Counted from the stretch's first letter, positions 1 through 14,558 are shown. The stretch: DNA of 64,000 bases from Azolla caroliniana (GCA_043228905.1 JBHGNT010000017.1:3038001-3102000); one strand, 5' to 3'. Notes: generated by a model not told the origin, from the letters alone. Program-made: numbers and translations.

Positions 1-360
1 ATCCTTGATTCTCATGAGATGAAATCAACAATGTTTGCCAAGGGCCATAAAGCCGATGCCGACATAGAACTATAGCACAAACGAATCGGTCACATCAATC
101 TCCAGAAGCTCAAAGGAATGTAGTCGACAGGAGTTGTCATCAAACTCCAGACTTTTACTGAGAAGGAGATTACGGGCATATGCAAAGCCTGTCAGTTCAG
201 TAAACAACATCGTCAACCGTTCTCGAAAGAGAGGAACGTGAGCAAAGGGATCTTGGATGTTGTACATTCATATGTATGGGAACTGGCCCAAACGACAACA
301 TTCGGTGGTTGGCGATACTATGTGACGTTCATCGATGACTTCTCCAGACACACCCGGATC
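1..360 (+). mobile_element. Ty1/Copia retrotransposon relic (GAG-pre-integrase and start of integrase), degenerate
   Basis: Manual translation gives GHINLQKL, CKACQFSKQHRQPF, LDVVHSYVW and GGWRYYVTFIDDFSRHT, matching Copia pre-integrase zinc-binding and rve motifs. Interrupted by a stop codon (TAG at 121) and truncated near 360. Confidence 0.85.
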
Positions 361-994
361 CTACCCTAACACAGGGGTGAGCCGGAACCAACTTTTCGGC
401 ATCCGGAAGTTGTGTGTTGAGAATCAAACTCAACTTCTCTAGTGTGGGAACACACCTTAGTATACTCAAGTGTGTGAACACCCCACCTCCTAATAGTGTG
501 CCATAGAACCTTAACGTTCTATGACACATATTTAGTGTAGTTAAGTCTCCACCTATCTTTAGTAAGTGGTGGTTGTATAGAGAGAAGGTGACTACATAGG
601 CACCTTTCTCTTCCTCTTATACAAAATTATATGCTATTTAGTTTAGGCACTTCCATATTTGCATTCATGTACATAAGAGAATTCCATTTTGCATCTCATC
701 TGTTTTTTCCTCCCAAAAAGTAGGACTCCTTCAACATTAATTGACCGTGAAGTGTGTTCCTACATTGTTTCTTGCAAGAACTCAACAAACATTAATGATG
801 TGATTGATAGGCTTGTTGAACCTTCAAAGACCAAAAACTTAATCCCCTTATGAATATGGCTTCATTATCTTGTGTATTTTATTGATGAGATGTGCATGTT
901 CTCTTGGATACAAAAGTAAAAGATTTGTACTTTTGCCGCCTTGTATCGGGATGGGGTATTATTGATTGCTATTTTCCCCAGGTAAGGATGTGAA

Positions 995-1066
995 GGTGGG
1001 CGGAAGGGAGTTGAACCCCTACATGTGATTTAGAGGGCAAGGGCCTTAACCACTACGCCAACTTCC
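995..1066 (-). pseudogene. tRNA-derived relic (tRNA pseudogene or SINE head)
   Basis: Reverse strand reads GGAAGTTGGCGTAGTGGTTAAGG...GGGGTTCAACTCCC...CCACC: A box (TGGCGTAGTGG) and B box (GGTTCAACTCC) at tRNA spacing. The acceptor stem does not pair. Confidence 0.55.
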
Positions 1067-1739
1067 ATATAACAGTTTGGTATGTTTTCTATTGTTGAGA
1101 GGTGCAAGGTCTCTCATATGCAAAGTTAAAAGAGTATTTCTTTTATTTTATTCTCTGAATGGAAGTTCAACTTAGAGGTAAACATGTGAGGAGCCATGTC
1201 TAAGGAGGAGAAACTAAACCTCTTTGTAATTGATAATGATTTTGCGAATATAAAGTGGAAAACAAATGTTTGGTTCGAGGAGAGTACCTAATGAAATGTT
1301 TTGTGGTGTATGAAGTATTTCTTGTTCGGGTTACACTTTTCAAGGCTACCTCCAAACTTTGTCCGCCTTGTTTATCCTTGCTCCAAAAGAACTTTGAAAT
1401 AATAGGTAGAATGTGCCTCAAGTCTTGCCACTTGATTACACATCATGATCCTCCATCTAACCATGTGTAACTATGCCATCTTGGTGTGTAGGAGTTAATT
1501 GTTTCTTATGAGGTTGGATTCTCATTAAGGTAGATGAACTAAGTTTATCTCTTAGCCATTACAAGGTGGAAGTAACTCTATTTAGTGTATGTTTCGCACT
1601 AGGTAACAATTGTGATGAAAAAGTGATATCGACACTACTAACTATAGTAGCCTTTCAGACTAGTTGCTTAAAGATGTTGGCTTACTTGTGACTATTATAT
1701 TATCACATCCCATTGTGGTTCCAAGCAAGTTTTTTTGCA

Positions 1740-2250
1740 TAGGGTTTAGGATGCCTAGCAATAGGCCTGATTTTGTTTGGTTTCTTTGCCTTGAAACCGA
1801 ACCGAACCATTCATATAAAACAAAAACCAAACCAAACCGATTATGAACATATGAAGTCATTTAAACTAAACCCTTCTACGAAAGGGAAGCCTAACCATGT
1901 AAACTAAAACCGTTTAGTGAAAATTGCTAGGAAGGCTCTAGAGTGCGAACCATTTATATAAAACAAAAACCAAACCAAGTCGTTTATGAATTCTTAGGGT
2001 TTAGGATGCCTAGCAATAGGCCTGATTTGGTTTGGTTTCTTTGCCTTGAAACCGAACCGAACCATTCATATAAAACAAAAACCAAACCAAACCAATTATG
2101 AACATATGAAGTCATTTAAACTAAACCCTTCTACGAAAGGGAAGCCTAACCATGTAAACTAAAACCGTTTAGTGAAAGTTGCTAGGAAGGCTCTAGAGTG
2201 CGAACCATTTGTATAAAACAAAAACCAAACCAAGTCGTTTATGAATTCTT
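1740..2250. repeat. ~255-bp tandem duplication of AAACC/GGTTT-rich MITE-derived sequence upstream of the kinase gene
   Basis: TAGGGTTTAGGATGCCTAGCAATAGG begins at 1740 and again at 1995. Both copies contain TTTGGTTTCTTTGCCTTGAAACCGAACCGAACCAT, identical to the right end of the MITE at 18394-18826. Confidence 0.9.
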
Positions 2251-2473
2251 AAGCCATTTAAACTAAACCATTCAAGGAAAGGTAAGACAAACGATTTAAA
2301 ACCAAAACCGTTTAGAGGAGGTTGCAATAGCAGGGTTCTAGAGGGTTCTAGAGCGTGAAACTAAGGGGGTTCCCAATTGAATGACCCAACCTTACCAAAA
2401 GACCCAGCCTTTAAGGATTGACCTTTTATTTTGGTTTTATTTTATAGATTACGCCAGTGATTCATAAATAAAA

Positions 2474-4439
2474 ATGGACTCTCTTCTCCATCGCCATAGC
2501 CAATTTCACTCACGCACTCTGTTTCCTTCGCCTTCGCCTTCTCCTCTTTCTCCTTCTTCTTGGCAGAGAATCAAAACGACCCGCAGAGTACCTTTTCCTA
2601 ATTCTCTGCGTTCAACTCGATCTAGCTGTGTTTGCAGGGCTAACCTTCCCGCCATGATTTCTGATAACCAGACTGTCCACGACCTCGCCATGGGCGTTGT
2701 CACCATGGCTGGAAGCTTAACGTCTCTCAAATTCTGGGATTTTCTCGCCAAAAGGAACGTCTTTTCTCAGGTAGCATAAGCTTTGAGACTGTTCAGTGAA
2801 ATGTACATCAGATCTGGACATGCAGATAGAATATGGCCGTATTAATGTCACTGATTGTATGAATATCTGTTTATATGGTAATACAAATTATGTAGCGATT
2901 TGGTTGGTAAAAATGTTGTGCCAATCTGGTTTCGTTTTTTCACAGAATGTAAGCAGAAAACTTGTGCACATAAGTATTGGTATGATTTTCATGCTGTTCT
3001 GGCCACTCTTTAGGTGAGTTTAAAGTGTTTATTTAGAGAGAGAGAGAGAGAGGGGTAGCTCGTTGTGTGGGTCATGCATTGTCTTCAAATTATTGTATTT
3101 GTCTTTCAGTGATGGTGATTTGGCACGTTACATCGCAGCATTTTCAGTCGTTATCAATGGATTACGGGTACTTGCATTAGGGTTTGGAGTCCTTAAAGAT
3201 GATGCTACTGTGAAGGCCATGACGCGAGATGGAAATCCAGAGTAAGTACTATAAAAAAAGCATGCTGTAATGATTATGATGTAAATTATAACACAATTTA
3301 AGCTTCCAAGTTTTAAATATGAACACTCTGTGTCATAGCACTTCACAATTATCACGTGTAGGGAGCTTTTAAAAGGGCCGTTCTATTATGCAATGACAAT
3401 TGCATTTGCAACAATATGTGTATGGCGATCATCCCCTCTTGCTCCTATCATGATTGCAAACTTGTGTGCTGGAGATGGTAAGGGAATGTGTCTCATATGT
3501 TTTTTCCAGTTCGAAACTCTAAAACCTGAAGTTAATGGTTTATATGTATGTTTTAGGGTTTGCTGATCTTATTGGAAGGCGTTTTGGTAGTGCAAAGCTT
3601 CCATATAATGAGAAGAAGTCATATATCGGCAGCCTTGCAATGCTAATGTTTGGATTCATCTTTTGTATCGGGTATTCAAACTCAAACCATCTTCATTCTA
3701 ATCCCTAAATTTTATCTTAAGGTTCTCTATTTAAACTCTGGGAAAACTATGTTTATACGTATCAGAATATGGGTGCTTCGAGCAAGTACTTTATAAATCT
3801 TTAATGAGTTTATGAGGCTACCTGTGCCCCCAAGTTCCGTCTTGCAAAACATAGCCAAACTTATGTACATCAGAATTTCGAAATACGTGCTTGCTTATTT
3901 TTGGAATTTCCTGAATATGCTTGGTCAAATGAGGGCTCCTATTTGCCAAAGTAGCAGATTAGAAGCAGTAGTAGCAAATTGTTCTTCTAATTACCTGGTT
4001 AGGATGTGCTCACTTTCTAGATATATCAGTCTTTCTAGCGTTAGGTCTGATTTGCTTCTGATTTAACTTAATTAAATCCTATAATTAGCAGTTCAAAGTA
4101 TAATGATATGCTCAATGTTAACTTTGATGTGATTAGGGGGCTCAAATTTGAGCAAGCATATATAAGCAATTTTGAAAAAAATAAGGAAGCATACTTTTGA
4201 AGTCCAGAGATAGATAAGCATTTCTACTAAGGCCTAATTATATCTTCTTGTGTGAATGCAGGTATGAATCTTATTTCGCTTATTTCGGCTTCTATACATT
4301 AAACACGAAGCTAGTGATCTCTACTTTTGTGATCTCGTTAGTTACAACATTTGTAGAGTCATTGCCAATAAGCACTAGGGTAGATGATAATTTTACTGTT
4401 CCACTGACTTCATTTATTGTTGGTAAGCTTCTGCTGTAG
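2474..4439 (+). CDS. FOLK: Farnesol kinase / phytol kinase family protein (CTP_transf_1), 6 exons, plastid transit-peptide-like N-terminus
   Basis: Exons approx 2474-2770, 2947-3012, 3110-3242, 3362-3477, 3557-3671 and 4262-4439 with GT-AG sites. Motifs SRKLVHISIGMIFMLFWPLF, ELLKGPFYY, CAGDGFADLIGRRFGSAKLPYN, KSYIGS and VESLPISTRVDDNFTVP. Closer to FOLK than to VTE5 from recalled sequences. Confidence 0.88.
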
Positions 4440-5782
4440 ATTGCAGAATGTAGCTGTAGAGTGACAATGGTTCATCATTATTCCAATTTTTTTGTTTTTG
4501 CGCCACTTCACAGATGTTCTTAATGTGGTAAGAAACAATACAAGCAATTGCAAGAGTGCACTTAAGGTTGAAATACCCCACCAGTCTGGTTGTATGCCGG
4601 TATTTTGGAATACTAACTAGATTTTTATGCGTAAAATTTCCCAAAGATGTAGTTAATTTTAGAAAAAACATATAAAAAATTCCACCAGTTTCGCTACGGG
4701 CGAAGATATTGGAATGCCGAAAATTTCAGTCCTTTTTAGCTGATGAAAATACGCTATGTAAGGCTGATTTTTATGAGCTGAAGTAGAAGGATCGGCTTTG
4801 TATGTGAGTAAGAAAACAACACCGATGGTCATGTCTAGGACATCAAGATGGAGTGTGAAAATTATATCATTATATCATGTGAAGAAGGTAGAAGAAGAAA
4901 CTGAGCAAGGAGATGATCATATCCATGACATCAAGATGGAGTGTGCAGAAACTATACCAGAGCACCACCATGTATCATGTGAAAGGTAGAGGAAGAATTT
5001 GATCAAAGAAGATAACATTTGCAGTATGGACAAAGGGAATGCAATGGTTGCACATTAAATGAAACCCTTTGAAATGGGAAATGAATCAAGATTGAGGACA
5101 TTGGATGAACAAACTTTCATGCTTTATGTTCCAAACACTACACAATGCACCACCATTGAATCAGCTCATCTTGTTGTATCCATTTCATGGCTAGCAACAT
5201 GTAATGGTTAGAATCCAAGTGATATTTCTATGAACGTTATTGATAACCATGCCGTTTGGTGACATAAATAATGAACGCCAAGATTGTACCCTAACACATG
5301 ATTACATTAAATACTTTTTTGCTAAACTTTTTGAATATTGTTAAAACAATGACTCATAGTTGTTTCCAATGAAAAGATTGGAATTGCATAATGGCATTTA
5401 GCATTAGTGACTTTTGGAACATCACTATTATAGATGGAGTTAAGCTTTAAGAAGTACATGTAAAGTTATGTTGTTTAATTTATAATAATTAGGAAAGAAA
5501 TTATGTGAATTAGAAAACGATCGTGTTGTAATATAATGTGTCCTATGTTGCTTATGAAATTTCTTAATAATGCTTTTTATCACAAAATTCATGGGGTGAG
5601 GATCTACAAATTTAAGCCAACATATTTTGATACACAAGCAAGTGTGCATTTTGAGCTTATGATCTATACAACCAACGTATCTTGGTTACTTTGCAACATT
5701 TTTTTGCATATTGTAGTGTAGCATACAATTGCAACACGTCAGACCATAATTGAATTCCTATTGGATATTTCTCTTGTATTGC

Positions 5783-6242
5783 TAACAATTGGCAACGGTT
5801 CAGTTTGAACTGAACCGAACCGCGAAACTGCGGTTTAACAGTTTCACCGGTTTGGTTTGGTTTAGGTTTAGGTTTTTTAACGGTTCGGTTCGGTTTCAAC
5901 AGTCAAAAACCGCGGTTTAAACGGTTAAATGGTTTTTATTTAAAGAAAATTTCTTAAAAATTTTAAAAATTGTTTTTAAACAATCTTTTCATTTTTACTC
6001 TTATTCTCACATTTTAGGAACATCTTAAAAATTTTAAAAATTCTAAATAATGAAATATTATAAATTAAAAAAAATAAATAAATAAAAATTTGACCTATGT
6101 GGAAAACTGAAACCGAACCACGAAATCGCGGTTTTTACGGTTTAAAGGTTTAACGGTTTGAAAAAGTTTAACGGTTCGGTTTAAAGGTTTCGCGGTTTGG
6201 TTTGGACCCTCTCAAACCGAACCGAACCGTTGCTGATTGTTA
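5783..6242. mobile_element. Non-autonomous hAT-type MITE
   Basis: TIRs TAACAATTGGCAACGGTTC / GAACCGTTGCTGATTGTTA, perfect 8-bp TSD TGTATTGC (5775-5782 and 6243-6250), subterminal AACCG/CGGTT arrays and an AT-rich core. Confidence 0.9.
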
Positions 6243-7287
6243 TGTATTGCTGCTAAAATTGAGTGGGTGCATCGTGTGTGGTTTGTGAAGTCGGAAGAAG
6301 GTGTGCCCGTTTTCATAAAATGTCGTTGAATATATTATTTATAAAGGGAATGGATCCAAATAGAATTAAACGAATATGGGAAAACTTTATAAAGGAATAA
6401 GTGTCTAAGGAAAATTGGTTTTGTGTTTTCCTTTTCTTGTACATGCATGAAATCATAGAACGTAATATTCGCATCCTTATGCTCAAATATTCGTTTTCAT
6501 ATGTTTGCAAACAAGTGTGTAATAGTGCATGTTATGAAAACATACTTCAGGTTTTTTTTTTTGACATTTTTTATTTTTTATTTTCTCACTTTTTGACCTT
6601 TAAAAAAAGCTTTACCTGATAGTAATTACTAATCATGAATACAAAAGTATGGTATTTACCATACTTCGAGGGTGTTTTCCATACTCGAGGGATTGAAACA
6701 TACTCGAATGCGAATGCACGTATGGTTCATACTATGCATGAAATTATGGAGGGCTCAACACCTTAGAAACCTTGTATAATTGTTTAGGATGTCATTCAAA
6801 CATTAGAGTACAAATTTAAAGGAGAGTAAGACTGAGAGCCTATTTGGTCCACCTCGGGTGCACACTTCATACCTATACCTCCTTTTTTTTCTCGCAAACA
6901 GTTTCGACCTTCTTGGATTCAAAAACCAGAGGCAAGTCCTGTGTCTCGTGTGCGAGACACATTTGTGACACATCTGTTTTGGGATCGAGAGGCTAGAAGC
7001 CGGGCGGCCGGACATGAGAGAGCGTACATTTAGTACATTAGAAAGTGGGGTAGGGTTTCTTAAGTCATTAGAAATAACCAACCGATTGATTGACTCCTCA
7101 GGCCAAAAGGACGGGGGTGGCCGTCTCTCATTACGAATGGAAATGTTTTCCGTGGAGAACAGAATAATGGAATCCTGCAGGATACATATGTATGTACATA
7201 TGTGAAATAATAGAGAGACAATTATCGAAGAGAATTCCGGGAGGGGGTGATGGTTCAGATGGAAGCGTCGTGTTCCTTCACGACTCT

Positions 7288-7401
7288 CAGACAGACACAG
7301 ACAGACAGACAGAGAACAACAGCCCCAAGACACAGTCAGTCAGTCATACGCACAGACAGAGACAGAGACAGAGACAGACGGCAGTTATTGGTGGTGGTAG
7401 T

Positions 7402-7434
<33 letters not shown>

Positions 7435-7524
7435 GAGAGAGCAAAGCAAGACGAGAACGTACACAACACACCATTCTTAGCTAGCTGCCTCCTGCTCTTT
7501 TTGCTTCTTCTTCTTCTTCTTCTT
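7288..7524. repeat. Microsatellite cluster (CAGA/GAGACA, GA, CTT) in the promoter/5' leader of iPGAM
   Basis: Directly visible simple repeats. Confidence 0.85.
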
Positions 7525-8731
7525 TTCTTTTTGTTGTTCTTGTCGCAGTTTATTCTCTGTGTTTCTGTCGTGGTGGTGGAGGTGATCGTGTTAGAAGAAG
7601 AAAAAAACAACAAAGGAAGCTTCTTTTTTTTTTGGTTTGGTTTGATCTTTATTTATCCATCACGACAATAATGGCGCCGAAGAAGAAGGGGTCATCGAGC
7701 CTCCTCTGCAAATGGGTCAGCAGTTGTCTCAATCGCTCTGGGTTCGAATCCTGCCTCTCCCTTTTCTCTCCATACAAAATCATTGCAACACGTACTCGAA
7801 TGCTTTCTCTTTTTAACTGTCTATGTATATACGTATTCCCCCCCTATACATACGTATATCCGCGTATACATATGTGTATGTATATCCATCCATTCATACA
7901 CTTGTCAGTGCTTCTTTTATCAATTTTTATTTTATTTTTTACTGTAATAAAGAAACAAGCCTTCATCTTTTTTCTCTCTTCGTCGATTCTGTCTACATAC
8001 TGATTCCTTACTCTTTATCATCTTCATCTTTGTCTCTCTGCGTATTTATCCTAAGAAAGTTATCTCTAATTAGGGCTCTGTCTCTTTCTTTCTCTCTCGC
8101 ACGCACACAGGAAGGTACGACCTTTGATTAGAGCTTCTTCTCGCATCAACCCATTGAGAAATAATGATCATGCAGATCAGTCGCATATCATCCTTACCTG
8201 TATTAGAACCCAACATCCTGCCTTCAACCCTAGGGTTTCAGATTTCGAGACTTACTATTGTTATTTGTATAGTGGGTTGCTAGGGTTTTGTTTTTTTCCT
8301 TCTTATATGCAAATTTGTACACTTAGGTTTCTTTAATTAGTTGATAACGTTATGCATTAGACTTCTAGGGTTTTCTTTACCTGCTGTATGAATCAATAAC
8401 CCCTCGCATGAATTCGAGGCTTTTCTCATATACCCCAGAACCCTAGGAATTTTTCTTTAAAATCCGCACTAGATTGTATTGGATTTTTTCATATATATGC
8501 ACGTGAAAATCTCCAGATTTTTTTTTCTTAATCACTAGATATATAGGTTATTTTCTTATATGCAACAGATTTTTCCTCATTTTATGCACGGAATTTCTAG
8601 TTCTTTTCATTCTCTGTTTCCTTTATACACCTTATAGGCAAATTTGTAGGGTTAATGTTTCACTAACTACTGTGCATGGGATATATTGAATCTAAGGTTC
8701 GCAACTGATGGTGTGCTTATTTTTTTGCAGA

Positions 8732-11700
8732 ATGTCGAGTAGCACTGAAGAGAGTTCCATGATATTACCTTCACACCGGAAGCTTCAGAAAGGGAAGACC
8801 CTCGCTGTGATTGTACTGGATGGATGGGGCGAACAGATTGCTGACCAATACAATGCAATCCACGTAGCTAACACCCCGACCATGGATGCCCTCAAGAAGG
8901 TGTTATCTCTCTGTATAAAACACATACACAAATCTCAATGTGCTCTTTTTCACTCCCTCTCTTCTATGTCTTTATTAGTAGGGTTATTATTATATCTGTC
9001 AATTTGTTTTTTTTCTATGTTCGCATTGCAAGCCTTAATACCAGACTCTAGTGCCGCTGTATATGCCAGTTTTTCGTTGTTATCTTCTCTTTGTTTTTTG
9101 TCCGGGTCTGAATTGATTCATAGGGTTAATGTATGCATGATATGTATGTTGTATTACTTCTACTAGGGAGCTCCAGAGCGGTGGAGATTAGTGAGGGCAC
9201 ATGGCCCTGCTGTGGGCTTGCCTACAGAGGAGGATATGGGGAACAGTGAAGTTGGGCACAATGCTTTGGGTGCAGGGAGAATATTTGAGCAAGGGTAATT
9301 GCTAAACAACTTAAAAATTCTTCCTTTATTTTAGAGCCCATATTTTTCTCGTTAATTCCTACAATAATCACCTTCCTATATAGCTTTCTGCGTCGACAAC
9401 CTTATGTACTTTCTGTGGTTACTTTCCTCCTTCCCTTTTGCTAGTTCTTGAGTACAATGTTTCTAATTTGCTGAGAGTATATTAAAACAATTCTCTTTGT
9501 TTTTCACTTCTTGTGATTTGACCATTTACTGATTGGAAAAAGTATAAACTAAAAATCATCCGGGTTTTGATGGAATATTATTATACAGGGCAAAGCTAGT
9601 TGATGCAGCATTGGCCACTGGCAAGCTTTTCAAGGGTGAGGGTTTCCATTATATAAAGGAATGCTTTCCCAATGGGACACTTCACTTGATTGGCCTATTA
9701 AGTGATGGTGGTGTACACTCTCGGTATGATCAATTAGAGGTATGTAGCTCACATATTAACTCATGCGAGCATGTGTCATGTGAATCAGGGGAAAAAATGT
9801 TTTTAGAAAGCTAGTTAGTTTTCCTTATCATGCAAGAAATTATTTTTGGAAGTTTATGAAAAAAATCTGGAATTCATACAAGTGTATATGTAGTGTGTGT
9901 ATGTATGTATACGTGTTCGATATTATTTGGATAGGGCTTGTAAACGAGGTACAGTGTGTGTATGTATGTATATGTCTGTGTGTGTACATGTATATATTTT
10001 GAAATAGTTTGTGTACATTTACAAAAAAATCCAATGGGGAAGTTTGAAATTTGAACCACCTCTTTATTAAACGAGGCCATCTTTTTCCAAACACTGACAT
10101 TAGTGACAAATACAATTGTCGTCGCTCACAATATGTAGTTGATCTTATTGGCAGGGTCTTTTGAGAGGTTCTGCCGCCAATGGTGCTAAGAGGATTCGTG
10201 TGCATATCCTCACTGATGGTAGAGATGTCTTGGATGGATCCAGTTTTGGGTTTGTGGAACAATTAGAGAAAGAATTAGAAAAGCTTCGAGCACAAGGTGT
10301 TGATGCTTTGATTGCTTCTGGAGGTGGCCGCATGCATGTGACCATGGATCGATATGAGGTATAATGCATGATGGTATAGAACAAACTATCTATATCTAAT
10401 TCTGGTAGTATGAAAGCAAAACACTGCAATATATTTGGGTGTTATGTTTTTCATATAATATTTTATAGCTGAGAGAACCTAAACCTTTATCATTATGTTT
10501 CAACTTTATAGAACATTATGAGAAACCCTAAATCTTAAAAACTTTATTTGAATAGTATTTTACAAACTGTATGCTAGAGAAAAATACATGCATTTCAGTT
10601 TTCCTTTGATCCAACAACTAAGCTTAGCAAAGACACTAAAACTTCTCTAACTATACTTGAACTCACTAGATCCCATTTCTTAGACGAATGTACACATAAA
10701 CCTCAAGAATATGAACTTGAATGCTTTTCCAACATCTATGGCAGATAGTAAATAATGATGTTTGCCTGCTCTTGTTTCCTCTTTTTCCTTTTAGAATGAT
10801 TGGAATGTGGTGAAAAGAGGATGGGATGCTCAAGTGTTGGGAGAAGCTCCAAATAAATATAAGAGTGCTTTAGAAGCCCTCAAACACCTGAAAGAAGTGA
10901 CTCCTAATTTTAATGATCAATATTGCCCTGAATTTGTGATTGTTGGTGAAGATGGTAAACCCGTTGGTCCCATCGTTGATGGAGATGCAGTTGTCACCTT
11001 TAACTTTCGGGCAGATCGAATGATAATGTTGGCGAAAGCCCTGGAGTATGAGAAATTTGATAAATTTGATCGTGTTCGAGTACCTAAGATTCATTATGCT
11101 GGCATGCTCCAATATGATGGTGAATTGAAGCTCCCTAGTAAATACTTGGTGAGCCCTCCGGAGATTGATCGAACTTCAGGTGAATATTTTGCAAGGAATG
11201 GGGTTCGAACCTTTGCATGCAGGTAATTTTTTTGATTTCTTATTATCGAGCATTCTGTTTGGTTTTACTCAGTGTTATAATATATGACGATGTGTGAGTC
11301 TTGCTGTGCAGTGAGACAGTCAAATTTGGTCACGTTACCTTCTTTTGGAATGGAAATAGATCAGGCTTATTTGATGAAGCATTGGAAACATACGTGGAGA
11401 TTCCAAGTGATCAGGGCATTACATTCAATGAGAAACCCAAGATGAAAGCCATTGAAATTGGTGAAAAAGCAAGAGATGCAATTTTGAGTGGCAAATATGA
11501 TCAGGTACATGTGTATATATATTTATAGGAATTAAGCATAGCTCTTGTTTTGGATATAATCAGTTCGCTTATAATCAGTGTGACCTTAACTCTTGATAAA
11601 TATCATGATACAGGTACGCGTAAACCTGCCAAATGGTGATATGGTTGGTCATACAGGAGACTTGGATGCTACAATTGTTGCTTGTGAATCAGCTGATAAG

Positions 11701-12908
11701 GCTGTTAAGGTACTGTTTATGGATCATGACCGAAATATTACACATGCATAAACAATTCCAATATCCTATTAATTTTACGTGCACATGTAGCTAATCATCA
11801 TGAGTCAGTGAGGATAACATAATAATTATTCTTAATTGTAAACAAGCTAGTTAATCTATTCTCTCTTAGTAATAAACAGCTAGCGGTATGTCCTACATCA
11901 ATTTAATTTTGATAGCTTATGTTTCTTGCATAGTTTGGTGTTAGCACGCATAAGCTTATCATCTCAGTCATGTCAACAGATGATGCTTGATGCTGTGGAA
12001 GAGGTTGGAGGTATATATCTTGTAACTGCTGATCATGGGAATGCTGAAGACATGGTGAAAAGGAACCCTAAGACTACCCAACCCTTGCTAGACAAAAGTG
12101 GAAACATCCAAATTCTCACATCGCATACATGCTCTCCGGTAATTGTTTTAAATAGCTTCATGACATTGCTCCATCTGTGGAACTCAGTTATTTGCATACT
12201 CATGTTCTTTGAAACTTTCGATTGAAAACATCTCTTTGTGTTCTTTTTTCTTGGCCCTTCCTCTCGAGAAACTATATATATATATAATTCATGTATAAAA
12301 CTATGTAGTATCTGCCTCTCTATGTTCTCAATGTTGATAGGTAATTCATAGGCTGGCTATCTATGCAGCAAATTGTGGGAGCAAGCTATTACTTGCCCTT
12401 GGTATTACATTATACGTCCTCTATTAGGTTGCTGGGTTCATAGCCAGAATCACCATCATGGTTAATTAAGCTTTGATGATATAAGTTTGTTTTATGGTTA
12501 ATTTCTCTAGATAATTCCTGGGTGATTTGTTTCTCTAGAAAAATGTGGAATGGAGGCACTTCTCTTTCCAGCTTTGAATCCCTCCCTACCACCACAAATT
12601 TCTGGCATTAATTGCAAAAAATACTGAAACATAAGTTGTATTGTAGCAAGGCGTAGTTAACCAGCTTAAAAAGTTGGTGCAGTGCTTCATCACAAATAAC
12701 AGAATGGAGAAAATGTTTTATAATGTGATTTGTGTTGTTCCAGGTACCTATTGCCATTGGTGGGCCTGGTTTATCACCTGGAGTTCGGTTTCGCACTGAT
12801 CTTCCTCAAGCTGGCCTTGCCAATGTGGCTGCCACTATGATGAATCTGTTGGGATTCGAAGCTCCTAGTGACTATGAGCCTTCCTTGATTGAAGTTGTAG
12901 ACGTTTGA
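8732..12908 (+). CDS. iPGAM: 2,3-bisphosphoglycerate-independent phosphoglycerate mutase, 9 coding exons
   Basis: Motifs [25 protein letters not shown] (catalytic Ser), [67 protein letters not shown] and [11 protein letters not shown] at 8732, TGA at 12906-12908, canonical splice sites. Confidence 0.97.
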
Positions 12909-14558
12909 AGAGGGTTTTTGATCAGTTTCCTATACCGAACTATTCACTCCAAAAATTGCTCATTGGATTTTTTATGTATGGAGCTACAACTCCAGTAGAG
13001 AACTGCATTAATAACAATATTATTTGTTTTGTGGACGTTTGAAGTCCATTAATAATTCATCTGGATGACCCTGAAGTTCTTTGTAACAAAAAACAATTGT
13101 CAAGCATGAGGATGAGAGATTATCATGAATAAGCAATGTGTTCCTAGTAAGAGAAGTAATGTAAAGATTAGTGCATATCGTTTACATCGAATGATACTAT
13201 GCCAGGACATATACGCATGTGTTTTAATGTCTAGTCCATGAAATCTTTGAGTGGTTTATAAAACCTGCATCTCTTGAGATGGAACTGGATGAAGGTTTGA
13301 TCTGCTTTTGATAGTCTTTGTTCTGTTAAAGGGAAATTATCCCCTAAAGTTGATGGAAATCACTGTGTTCCACAAGTTCTTTGCCAACATTGAGGGTTTA
13401 TATGGGTTGTTGTACTTGTAACTTGTAGCATAAAGTTTTGATGTCATAGAAAAACAAAATTGTTGGATGGTTATAACTATAAGCAAAGTTGACAAATTAT
13501 GTTGAAAAAGGGTGTATGTGAGACAAATAGGAGAGAAACCAGGATTCAACCCATAAATTTGATGAATTTGTCACTTAGTGAGGAGCAGCTTTTATATGGA
13601 TTTGTCCAAAGTATCTTGCTGAAAATGTGAATTCCATTCGAGGGTGGTGGATAGTGAGTATCTTGTTCTCATTCAATTAGTGTTTAGTGTTTTCATGAAA
13701 GCCCAAAATTTCTGACCATATATAGTGTTTTATGAATATTTGAATTAAAAACGTGCATTTCCATTTGAACTAAAAGACAAGCATTAGACATGGAGCATAT
13801 ATTTTGCTGATTAACATTAGAAACTAGGATGTACACAAAGAAGCGTCGACTATTTTTTGCATGAATTATAAGCTTTGTGGTAGCTATTGGCATTGGCTAT
13901 TTCTCATATTGGATTATAAGCTTTATAGTATCCATGCTTTGAAAAAATGATATAAGCTTTAAACAACCAAGGTGATGTCAAATGATAGTCAACCCTCTCC
14001 TAGCAAGTTCAATAAGTGCAATGAATAGAAATGGCCCTGGAATTTGCCATTGGATGTACATATGTGTAGACATACACTCTCAAAACACTTGGGCAAAGGA
14101 ACGGAGAGGAGAGCAATATAGGCAACATTTTGTGTCTATATGTATGGTTTCATTTAACGTACTCTCGTGGGAGTGAGCCTCCTATTATTTTATTAGAAAA
14201 GGTGAGTAAAGAACATACCTCTTTGTTACATGAGCAATAATTGTGCAAACGACATCACCCCTCTCCTTGCAATAGCCCACATTTGGCACCGGTGGCTACA
14301 TATGAGCAAACATCATTTATCATAATATCCACTTGACAACGAGCAGGGAGTAGTTTTTCAGCTTCTTGAGGCCGACGCGCTCGAGAATGCGTACAATTGG
14401 GCAGGTTCCCGAGCCTTCACACGTTATGCGCATGTTTTTGGACTTTGATGCATTATTTAATCGCCACTCCTATGGCTCCGCAGGTTTTCGTTCAAGATCG
14501 GCAGATCGGGAGGACGACGAGCTACGGATTTGATCATAAATTCATTGATCGATCGTTA

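Noticed and set aside
6803-7671. ORFs of 159-176 aa upstream of iPGAM
   Set aside because: Driven largely by microsatellites and low-complexity leader sequence; no recognisable domain.
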